Source: Oceanispirochaeta sp.
Lineage (GTDB): Bacteria > Spirochaetota > Spirochaetia > DSM-2461
DNA length: 64,000 nucleotides
Direction of reading: 5' to 3'
Assembly: GCA_963663385.2 (NCBI GenBank)
Contig: CAXXXD010000002.1
Span: forward strand, 1 to 64,000
Each line of letters opens with the position of its first letter. Position 1 is the first letter of the stretch. Made by a program: the position numbers and the translations under genes. Of this stretch, positions 56,267-64,000 are shown in pieces. The notes under the pieces were generated by a model. The model was not told where the DNA came from, made no database searches, and worked only from the letters and a program-made list of their open reading frames with translations.

Positions 56267-57556
56267 TTATTTGACTACATCCTTACAGGCGCTGAATACA
56301 TTGGCAAAGAGCTCTTCAATATACTGCGCGGGCAGTGAGGAGTAGGCGACCCGGACAAGTTTTCCCAGGGCGATTATTCCTGTGTCGTAATCCTTCAGAA
56401 GTGTCTGGCGGACCTCTTCCGCATCGGCGGTTTTCAGTTTGACACACATAAAATATCCCGAGTTGTAGGGAAGGGCTTCAAAGTGTTCCCTGTATTCAGG
56501 ATGAGCTTCCAGGGTTTTTATTACCAGGTCGTAACGGGATTTGAGCAGCTCGTATTTGCTTTTCTTGTCTCCTTCGTAGGAGCTGTCCTTGTATGCGGTG
56601 AGAAGAAGATTCTGGGAGAGAATGCTGTCGTTGGAGATATTTCCTCTTACCGCACCGGCAGCTTTATCCACCAGGGCCTGTCCTGCTTCGGCGGTCATTC
56701 CCTTCCAGGAGAAGGTCATGAAACCGACACGGAATCCCCATACATAGTCTTCCTTGGTGGCGCCGTCAATCTTAACAGCCAGAACTCTCTCGTGAAGTTC
56801 GGCTGTGTAGGAGAAGATGGACTGGGTGGCAATCCCTTTTTCGTAAACCAGTCCGAAATAGGCATCGTCAATAAGGACAACAATATTCTTGCCATTATCA
56901 GCGGCTGCTTTCAGGATACCGGCGATGCCTTCCATCTCATCTTCGTTCGGGGTGTATCCGGTAGGGTTATTGGGGAAGTTCAGAAGGACAATCTTCTTTT
57001 CTCCGGGGGCGGCCAGTTTCTCCTCCAGCCCCTTCAGGTTAAACCCCTGTCCTTCGTACATGGTATAGCAGTCCAGTTCCGCACCGTAGGCATTGGCAAA
57101 AGCCAGGTTGTAGTTGCCCCAGTAGTATTCGGGAAGGATAACCTTGTCTCCCTCATTGATGAAAAGGTAGCCTGCCATGCTCAGACCATGAGTCAGGGCA
57201 TTTGTTACCACAGGAAGTGTCAGTTCCGTATTTTCCAGGGCGGGATTCTTTTTCCGCATAATCTCCTGCCATGTTTTTCTCAAGTCCGGAAGGCCGTAGC
57301 TGGGGGCGTAGGGAAAAACCCTGTCGGGGGTCATATTTACCAGACTTTCCAGGGCAGACAGGCGCAGGGGAGATCCGTCATCCTCAGTAGCCATACCGAT
57401 GGATGCATTTATACGTTTGCCTTTGGCATCCTGTCCCTGCATAACCAGTCCCTTTTTCGGGAAAAAGATCTCCTTTCCCTTTCTGGAAAGCAGGGAAAAA
57501 ACGGCGGGATTCTGTTCGCTCAGAACTTTGTTCAGCGCTTCGGCCTGGGGATTCAT
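56267..57556 (-). CDS. PLP-dependent class I/II aminotransferase
   Basis: LNFPNNPTGY, IDDAYFGL, DGATKEDYVWGFRVG. Confidence 0.92.
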   Translation of the reverse strand: MNPQAEALNKVLSEQNPAVFSLLSRKGKEIFFPKKGLVMQGQDAKGKRINASIGMATEDDGSPLRLSALESLVNMTPDRVFPYAPSYGLPDLRKTWQEIMRKKNPALENTELTLPVVTNALTHGLSMAGYLFINEGDKVILPEYYWGNYNLAFANAYGAELDCYTMYEGQGFNLKGLEEKLAAPGEKKIVLLNFPNNPTGYTPNEDEMEGIAGILKAAADNGKNIVVLIDDAYFGLVYEKGIATQSIFSYTAELHERVLAVKIDGATKEDYVWGFRVGFMTFSWKGMTAEAGQALVDKAAGAVRGNISNDSILSQNLLLTAYKDSSYEGDKKSKYELLKSRYDLVIKTLEAHPEYREHFEALPYNSGYFMCVKLKTADAEEVRQTLLKDYDTGIIALGKLVRVAYSSLPAQYIEELFANVFSACKDVVK

Positions 57557-57693
57557 TCAGATTGCTCCTTAAAATAGTCATATTTGGGTTTAATTTCTCA
57601 TACTAGCGGAAAGGATTGCCTTTGGGAATCCTGAAGTATGTATAAATATGCATTTTTTTCAGGTTTTATACATGATAGGACTTTCTAAACAAC

Positions 57694-57870
57694 AACCCTT
57701 TCCCCCGCCCCTGCTCCCAAAGGGAGAGGGGTGCGAAATCTTTAATCTCATCAGGGATTATTTTCAGACTGATTCATTCAATATGGTTCTGATGTAATTA
57801 AATTATTTTGTTTAATAAAAATACATTTCTCCCCTCTCCCTTTGGGTAGAAGGGTAGGGGGAGAGGGTTT
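57694..57870. repeat. Inverted doublet of REP-like palindromes (REPIN-like) around an AT-rich spacer
   Basis: 57694-57739 is an imperfect reverse complement of 57825-57870. Confidence 0.75.
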
Positions 57871-57881
57871 TAAATTATGGA

Positions 57882-58694
57882 TTACTGCTTGCCTGTCAGC
57901 TGGAGGTACTGTTTTCTGTATTGGGAGGGGGAACTCCCCGTGTATTGTTTAAATACCCGGCTGAAGTGGAATTCGCTGTAGAAGTTCAGATCCTGGGCAA
58001 TAACGGACAGGGGTCTGTCGGTGCTGGTGAGCATGGATCCGGCCGCTTCAATTCTGAGCCGGGTCAGATACTTCATGGGGGTGGTTTTCATCTTCTGCTG
58101 GAAAAGCCGGATAAAGTAGGATTTATTCAGTCCCAGCCGTCCGGCAATCTGTTCCAGGTCCAGTTCGGAAGTAATATTGTTCTGCATGATTTTCAGGGCC
58201 TTCTCGATATGGGCGTTCCGGCTGTCGGAGAAATGGAATTCCTCCTCGCTGGAGAGCATATATAAAAAGGAGAGAAACTGATGGATCGCCGAATGCCGGA
58301 GAGCCGGGCTGTCTGACAATCCTTTCTCCTTTATCTCCTCAAAGAAAAAACGGTAGTTGGTACCCGCCTTATAGATTTTATCATAGCGGATCTCGTCACT
58401 CAGGAGGCGGTGCACTTCCCTGTCCTCTTCCGACAGTTCAAGCAGAACCGCATAGTAGGAGATGGGATTGTCTCCCTCCTGAACGATGATGGCATGATTT
58501 ACTTCGGGACGGGTCATGCAAATACAGCCCGGAGTTATATTGAACCTGGTAAGATTATTGAGGAAGCGGGCATTCCCCTGAATGAAATAGTGGAGTTCAA
58601 ACTGTCTCTTCCCATGGGCGTGACGGCGGCTATGCCAGCGGATTTCTGTCTCTTCCCGCATCTGATAGACAAAAACCACATCAAGAATTTTCAT
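57882..58694 (-). CDS. AraC-family regulator, divergent from xylBA
   Basis: Cupin N-terminus (HSRRHAH..FELHYF); C-terminal double HTH (SYFIRLF, FYSEFHFSRVFKQYTGSSPSQYR). Start uncertain. Confidence 0.9.
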   Translation of the reverse strand: MKILDVVFVYQMREETEIRWHSRRHAHGKRQFELHYFIQGNARFLNNLTRFNITPGCICMTRPEVNHAIIVQEGDNPISYYAVLLELSEEDREVHRLLSDEIRYDKIYKAGTNYRFFFEEIKEKGLSDSPALRHSAIHQFLSFLYMLSSEEEFHFSDSRNAHIEKALKIMQNNITSELDLEQIAGRLGLNKSYFIRLFQQKMKTTPMKYLTRLRIEAAGSMLTSTDRPLSVIAQDLNFYSEFHFSRVFKQYTGSSPSQYRKQYLQLTGKQ

Positions 58695-58780
58695 TGCAAT
58701 GTCAATTATATGCATGAATTCAAAATTCTGTCCATTCATTTGGGAGGATCGGGGAAATACAATGGGAGCATATAGGGAGG

Positions 58781-60283
58781 ATGAAGTTGAAAACAGTCAT
58801 TGGAATAGATAATGGAACTCAGAGCACAAAAGTGGTGTTCTATGATTTTGAAAATAAAAAGATTGCCGCCTCCGCTTCAGCATCCCATGAGCTGATCAGC
58901 CGGGATGACGGCAGCCGTGAACAGAAAGCCGAATGGTGGATTTCCGCTCTGCAGAGCTGCTTTGATCAGATAGATCCGGAAATCAGAAAAACGGCTCTGG
59001 CTGCCGGTGTATCCGGTCAGCAGCACGGATTTGTCCCGGTAGACAAGGATGGAAATGTCCTGCGGGATGTAAAGCTTTGGTGTGATACATCGACAGCTCC
59101 GGAGTGTACTGAGCTGACAGACACTTTCGGAGGGCGCGATAAACTTCTGAACGAAACGGGTAACCTGGTTCTTCCCGGTTATACCGCCTCCAAAATACTC
59201 TGGTTTAAAAAGAATAACCCCGAAGAATACGCCCGCATGGCCCACATTCTTCTTCCCCACGACTACCTTAACTACTACCTGACCGGGGAATATACCATGG
59301 AATACGGAGATGCTTCCGGTACCGCTCTTCTGGATGTGAAAACCCGGACCTGGCATGCTCCCCTTGTCAGGGCTCTGGACCCGGACCGGGATCTGATGAG
59401 CTGCTTACCCCGTTTGATTGAACCCTGGGAAGCCGCCGGAAAAGTCCGGAAGGAGATTGCTTCGAGGCTGGGGATCCCCGCCGGGATTCCTGTCTCATCC
59501 GGAGGCGGGGACAATATGATGGGTGCTGTGGGAACAGGAACGACCCGGGACGGTATACTTACCATGAGCCTTGGTACCAGCGGAACCCTCTACGGCTATT
59601 CGGACTCTCCCATTATAGATCCTGACGGGAACCTGGCGGCATTCTGTTCCAGCACGGGGGGATGGCTGCCCCTGCTCTGCACCATGAACTGTACCGTTGC
59701 CACCGAGCTGATGCGTCAGCTCTTTGAGTACGGGGTAAAGGAATTTGACCGGTTGGCCGATTCCGCTCCGGCCGGAGCTGAAGGAATTCTGACACTGCCT
59801 TTCTTCAATGGAGAAAGGACGCCCAACTTTCCAAACGGAAAAGGCTGTATTGCGGGGATGACCGCTTCCAATGTGAAGAAGGAGAATATTTTCCGCTCAG
59901 CCATGGAATCTGCCATTCTGGGGATGAAGCTTGGTCTGGACTCATTTCAGAAACTGGGATTCAAGGCCCGGGAAGTCCGTCTGATCGGGGGCGGTGCCAA
60001 CTCTTCCGTCTGGCGTCAGATCACAGCGGATATTCTGAACCTGCCGGTTGTGATCCCGGTTACAGCGGAAGCGGCTGCTCTGGGAGGCGCTCTGCAGAGT
60101 CTCTGGTGCCTGGAAAAAGCGGCAGGTCGTTCTGCGGATGATATTAATGATCTGATAAACGAACATGTCGGATTGGCCGAGGACAAGGGCTGTGTTCCCA
60201 ACCCGGAAAATGTCGGAATTTATGAAAAAGTCTATGCCGGTTATTCCCGTTATGTAGACGCATTAAGCGGGCTGTTCAGCTGA
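58781..60283 (+). CDS. xylB: Xylulokinase
   Basis: IGIDNGTQSTK, GVSGQQHG, LWCD, GGGDN, PFFNGERTP, IGGGANS; adjacent to xylA. Confidence 0.93.
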   Translation: MKLKTVIGIDNGTQSTKVVFYDFENKKIAASASASHELISRDDGSREQKAEWWISALQSCFDQIDPEIRKTALAAGVSGQQHGFVPVDKDGNVLRDVKLWCDTSTAPECTELTDTFGGRDKLLNETGNLVLPGYTASKILWFKKNNPEEYARMAHILLPHDYLNYYLTGEYTMEYGDASGTALLDVKTRTWHAPLVRALDPDRDLMSCLPRLIEPWEAAGKVRKEIASRLGIPAGIPVSSGGGDNMMGAVGTGTTRDGILTMSLGTSGTLYGYSDSPIIDPDGNLAAFCSSTGGWLPLLCTMNCTVATELMRQLFEYGVKEFDRLADSAPAGAEGILTLPFFNGERTPNFPNGKGCIAGMTASNVKKENIFRSAMESAILGMKLGLDSFQKLGFKAREVRLIGGGANSSVWRQITADILNLPVVIPVTAEAAALGGALQSLWCLEKAAGRSADDINDLINEHVGLAEDKGCVPNPENVGIYEKVYAGYSRYVDALSGLFS

Positions 60284-60347
60284 ATACCCCAGGAAAATCA
60301 GCCTTACAGGGCTGTCACAATAAATCAACTATATGAAGGAGACTGTT

Positions 60348-61682
60348 ATGGGTCAGGTTTTTAAGGGAAATACAGAATATTTTAAAAATATCGGGAAAAT
60401 CCCATTTGAAGGCAGAGGGTCTGATAATCCTCTGGCATTTAAGTTTTATGATGAAAACAGGAAGGTTCTGGGAAAAACCATGAAAGACCACCTGCGCTTC
60501 GGAGTTGCTTACTGGCACTCTTTCTGTGCCAACGGGGGAGATCCTTTCGGTAATCAGACTATCTTTCACCCCTGGGATCATGCCGATCCCATGACAAAGG
60601 CGCAGAATAAAGCGGATGCGGCGTTTGAGTTCATTTCCAAACTGGGAGCTCCCTACTACTGTTTTCATGATGTGGATGCTTCTCCCGAAGGTACCAGTCT
60701 GGGGGAGTATGAAGACAATCTGCAGAAGGTTACGGCTATGCTGAAAGAACGTCAGGATGCCACGGGGATCAAACTATTATGGAATACGGCCAATGCCTTC
60801 TCCAACCCCCGTTATATGAACGGCGCAGCAACCAATCCGGATTTCAGTGTACTGGCTTATGCGGCGGCACAGGTAAAGGCGTGTCTCGATGCGAATGTGA
60901 TACTGGGCGGGGAAGGCTACACATTCTGGGGCGGACGCGAAGGGTATATGTCTCTCTATAATACAAATATGAAACGGGAAAAAGAGCACCTGGCTCAGTT
61001 CCTCACAATGGCCCGGGATTACGGTCGTAAAATCGGATTCAAGGGTAAGTTCTACATCGAACCCAAACCCATGGAACCCTCCAAGCATCAGTATGATTAC
61101 GATGCGGAAGTGGTTGTAAACTTTATTAAAAGTTTCGGACTGGAAGAAGATTTTGCCTGCAACATCGAAGCCAACCATGCCACCCTGGCAGGTCACTCCT
61201 TTGAACATGATCTTCAGGTTGCGGCAGAATACGGTCTGCTGGGAAGCGTTGACGCCAACAGGGGGGATATGCAGAACGGCTGGGATACGGACCAGTTCCC
61301 CAACAGTGTTCCCGAAGCCGTGGAAGCCATGAGAATCATTCTGGGGATGGGCGGCTTTAAAACCGGCGGTCTGAACTTTGATGCCAAGATCAGAAGAAAC
61401 TCTACGGATATGGAAGATCTGTTTATTGCCCATATCGGCGGGATGGATACTTTTGCTATCGCTCTGGAAATTGCGGCGGAAATACAGGAAGACGGGAGAA
61501 TTGAAAAGATGAAAGCCCGACGCTACAGTTCCTTCGATTCCGGTAAGGGCAGGGACTACGAAGAGGGAAAACTCTCCCTGGAAGAGCTGCGGAATATCGC
61601 CGCGGAAAAGGGTGAACCTGCCGTAATCAGCGGTAAGCAGGAGCTCTATGAGAATATTGTGAACCAGTTTATCTACAGATAA
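60348..61682 (+). CDS. xylA: Xylose isomerase (class II)
   Basis: [62 protein letters not shown]. Confidence 0.97.
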   Translation: MGQVFKGNTEYFKNIGKIPFEGRGSDNPLAFKFYDENRKVLGKTMKDHLRFGVAYWHSFCANGGDPFGNQTIFHPWDHADPMTKAQNKADAAFEFISKLGAPYYCFHDVDASPEGTSLGEYEDNLQKVTAMLKERQDATGIKLLWNTANAFSNPRYMNGAATNPDFSVLAYAAAQVKACLDANVILGGEGYTFWGGREGYMSLYNTNMKREKEHLAQFLTMARDYGRKIGFKGKFYIEPKPMEPSKHQYDYDAEVVVNFIKSFGLEEDFACNIEANHATLAGHSFEHDLQVAAEYGLLGSVDANRGDMQNGWDTDQFPNSVPEAVEAMRIILGMGGFKTGGLNFDAKIRRNSTDMEDLFIAHIGGMDTFAIALEIAAEIQEDGRIEKMKARRYSSFDSGKGRDYEEGKLSLEELRNIAAEKGEPAVISGKQELYENIVNQFIYR

Positions 61683-61698
61683 GGATTTTTACCTTGAT

Positions 61699-61805
61699 CC
61701 CCCCTCGCCAGCCCCTCTTAAATCTCCCCGAAGGGGAGACACAAAACAGGTTTCCCTCCTTTGGAGGGATCAAGGGAGGCCGGGAGAGGGGTTCGGGGGT
61801 GAGGG
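61699..61805. repeat. Nested REP-like palindrome cluster
   Basis: TCTCCCC-gaa-GGGGAGA; TCCCTCC-ttt-GGAGGGA; GGGAGAGGGGTTCGGGGGTGAGGG. Confidence 0.75.
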
Positions 61806-61832
61806 CTTCTGTTTGAAAACTCTCCTTATTTT

Positions 61833-61863
61833 ATACCCTGCCGTTCAACCGGCAGGGTATTTC
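61833..61863 (+). terminator. Hairpin after xylA, likely terminator
   Basis: ATACCCTGCCG-ttcaac-CGGCAGGGTAT-TT. Confidence 0.6.
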
Positions 61864-61952
61864 AATCGAAGGGGACATTTCACCATATTCATTGAAACCT
61901 GTTCTTTCACATTGTATACTGGATTATATCAATCATTCAGTCAGGAAAACAT

Positions 61953-62759
61953 ATGAAAATCGGTTTCATCGGATCAGGGAATATGGCCAGCGCGATTATC
62001 GGCGGCCTAATTAATGCAAATCTGGTAGAAGAAGGAGAGCTTTTTGTCTGCGACTATTCAAAAGATGCTCTGGACAGAATCAAAAAGCGCTTTCCTTCTA
62101 TTAATACAACACAGAACAATCAGGAATATCTTTCGCAGCTTGATTACCTCTTTCTGGCAGTAAAGCCACATATCTATTCTCCCGTAATAGCTCAGATACG
62201 GGAGGAGCTTCAGGATAATACGGTTGTTATTACAATTGCCGCCGGTCAGACAAGCGACAGGGTTTTAAAGGAATTCGGCAAGCCTGTAAAACTGGTCAGA
62301 ACCATGCCGAACACACCGGCTCTGGTCGGAATGGGAATGACCGCTGTAACCACGGGAGACAGGTTGAACAAGGACGAGGTGGAGGAAGTTCTAACCCTTC
62401 TGAAAGCAATGGGTAAGGTTGAGATCCTTCCTGAATCCCTTTTTGACAGTTTTACAGCACTGTGCGGTTCCGGTCCGGCCTATGTTTTTATGTTCATCGA
62501 AGCCCTGGCTGATGGCGCCGTCAGAGAAGGAATTCCCCGGGACAGGGCCTATACCATGGCTGCCCAGACTGTTCTGGGATCGGCACAGATGGTTCTGGAA
62601 ACAGGAGTACACCCCGCCGTATTAAAGGATCAGGTCTGTTCTCCCGGCGGAACAACAATAGAGGCTGTCGGTTCTCTCGAGCAAACGGGTTTCCGTTCTT
62701 CCGTAATGGAGGCTATCCGGATCTGTACGGAAAAATCCATAAAGTTATCCAAGGGTTGA
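61953..62759 (+). CDS. proC: Pyrroline-5-carboxylate reductase
   Basis: IGFIGSGNMA, LAVKP, RTMPNTPA, GSGPAY, VCSPGGTTI; promoter TTGAAA-N17-TATACT at 61892-61920. Confidence 0.96.
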   Translation: MKIGFIGSGNMASAIIGGLINANLVEEGELFVCDYSKDALDRIKKRFPSINTTQNNQEYLSQLDYLFLAVKPHIYSPVIAQIREELQDNTVVITIAAGQTSDRVLKEFGKPVKLVRTMPNTPALVGMGMTAVTTGDRLNKDEVEEVLTLLKAMGKVEILPESLFDSFTALCGSGPAYVFMFIEALADGAVREGIPRDRAYTMAAQTVLGSAQMVLETGVHPAVLKDQVCSPGGTTIEAVGSLEQTGFRSSVMEAIRICTEKSIKLSKG

Positions 62760-62767
62760 ACCATAGT

Positions 62768-64000
62768 GTGAAGACAGGCGGCTGCGTTACAAAACATTCT
62801 TTCCTCATTCTTCTGTTCTTTGTGAAGGTTTTATCCGGTTTAGGAGCGGACAATCTGATCTTTGATCATCTGGGTATGGAAGAGGGGCTTGTCAACAATG
62901 CGGTTGCGGGAATTGTTCAGGACAGGAGAGGGTATCTCTGGTTTGGAACACAGAACGGACTGAACCGTTATGACGGCAGGGAATTTCTGCTTTATGACAG
63001 TGAACCCTTTAACAGAAACTCACTTCCCCATAATCAGATTCAATGCCTCTATCTGGATCCGGTCGATCCCTATCTATGGATCGGAACATATGAAGGGCTG
63101 TCCCGATTCAATCTGGATACGGAAGAGTTCCTGAATTTTACTTCCGATCCTAATATCAGTGAGCGTGTCCTTTCAAACGGCATTATTACAGCCGTTTTGA
63201 GAGACAGGAACGGAGATATCTGGGTGGGGACCCTGGACGGGTTGAATCTTATCCGGAGTAATACTGGAGATATCGAGGTTTTCCGGCATTCCGACGAGGA
63301 TGACAATTCCATTCTTCACAATACGATCCGTGCTTTAACAATGGATAAGGAGAACCGAATCTGGATCGGATCATACGGCGGTCTGGATATGTATGAGCCT
63401 GAACAAAACCTGTTTTCCCATTACTGGGCGGATCCGGGGAATCCTGAGGCTCTGCAGTCTCCTTATGTCATGGCTCTGGCCAAAGGCCCGAATGATACCC
63501 TCTGGGCCGGTACCTGGGACGGAGGACTTACCCTGTTCAATACCCGGAAGGGAACTGTTGAAAAACAGATTCCCCTTGAGGAGAATATCTATTTTGTGTC
63601 GGCAGATTACAGATCTCTCTGGATCGGGACATGGGGAAACGGGCTGTACAACTGGATAGCGGAAACAGACTCTCTTGTTCATTACAGGGAGGATCCCGAT
63701 GACCGTTATAAACTGAATCATGGGATTGCATACTCTTTCTTAAAGGACCGCAGCGGTGTTATCTGGATCGGAACCAACGGGGGCGGTATAAACAAACTGA
63801 ATTTCAATAAGAAGGATTTTCGCTACTTCTATCATATAAAGGGAGATAACCAATCCCTTCCCAAGGGGAATATTATTGAAATTACTGTAGATTCCAGGGG
63901 GGATTTCTGGGTTGGAACCTACAGTCACGGCCTCTGGCGGTTTCCGGGGGAGGACTCGGATTCATTGATTCACAACTGGATGCCCGATGAGGATGACCCG
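62768..64000 (+). CDS. Periplasmic beta-propeller (Reg_prop) sensor protein, 3'-truncated; not in ORF track
   Basis: GTG start, signal-like segment, then FDHLGMEEGLVNNAV..IVQDRRGYLWFGTQNGLNRYDG and repeated LWIGT motifs; runs off the window. Confidence 0.88.
   Translation, partial: MKTGGCVTKHSFLILLFFVKVLSGLGADNLIFDHLGMEEGLVNNAVAGIVQDRRGYLWFGTQNGLNRYDGREFLLYDSEPFNRNSLPHNQIQCLYLDPVDPYLWIGTYEGLSRFNLDTEEFLNFTSDPNISERVLSNGIITAVLRDRNGDIWVGTLDGLNLIRSNTGDIEVFRHSDEDDNSILHNTIRALTMDKENRIWIGSYGGLDMYEPEQNLFSHYWADPGNPEALQSPYVMALAKGPNDTLWAGTWDGGLTLFNTRKGTVEKQIPLEENIYFVSADYRSLWIGTWGNGLYNWIAETDSLVHYREDPDDRYKLNHGIAYSFLKDRSGVIWIGTNGGGINKLNFNKKDFRYFYHIKGDNQSLPKGNIIEITVDSRGDFWVGTYSHGLWRFPGEDSDSLIHNWMPDEDDP

Noticed and set aside
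56483..57577. 364-aa plus-strand ORF
   Set aside because: Antisense shadow of the aminotransferase.

Overview
Chromosomal segment of a free-living spirochaete (inferred from spirochaete-type lipoprotein signals, a spdEFG1/mtEFG1-type EF-G outside the str operon, and a Treponema-like TPAT transporter). The left 11.3 kb is the 3' part of a giant repeat-built surface protein (open from the window edge) ending in a FlgD-Ig / T9SS-sorting-signal-like tail. It converges on a lipoprotein whose promoter spacer contains a G8 run. Next come GT2, galU-like and HEAT-repeat genes, a FitA/VapC toxin-antitoxin pair, tRNA-Asp x2 and tRNA-Arg with a tRNA-linked 197-bp duplication enclosing a structured GC-rich element, pepT, two lipoproteins, mnmE-mnmG-rsmG, a TPR/Mrr-like membrane protein and udp. 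These are followed by fusA (long structured leader, RecA-like ATPase partner), small acidic and basic peptides with an LRR protein, plsC-like and gamma-CA genes, a dense DnaA-box cluster with no dnaA nearby, recC-recB-recD, ychJ, rluA-family, mutY, a TatT-TatP-TatQM transporter, MFS, oxidoreductase, aminotransferase, AraC-xylB-xylA, proC and a truncated beta-propeller sensor. A family of purine/pyrimidine-skewed palindromic repeats fills several intergenic gaps. No integrase, transposase, CRISPR array or rRNA is visible. All calls come from reading motifs by eye; no database search was run.
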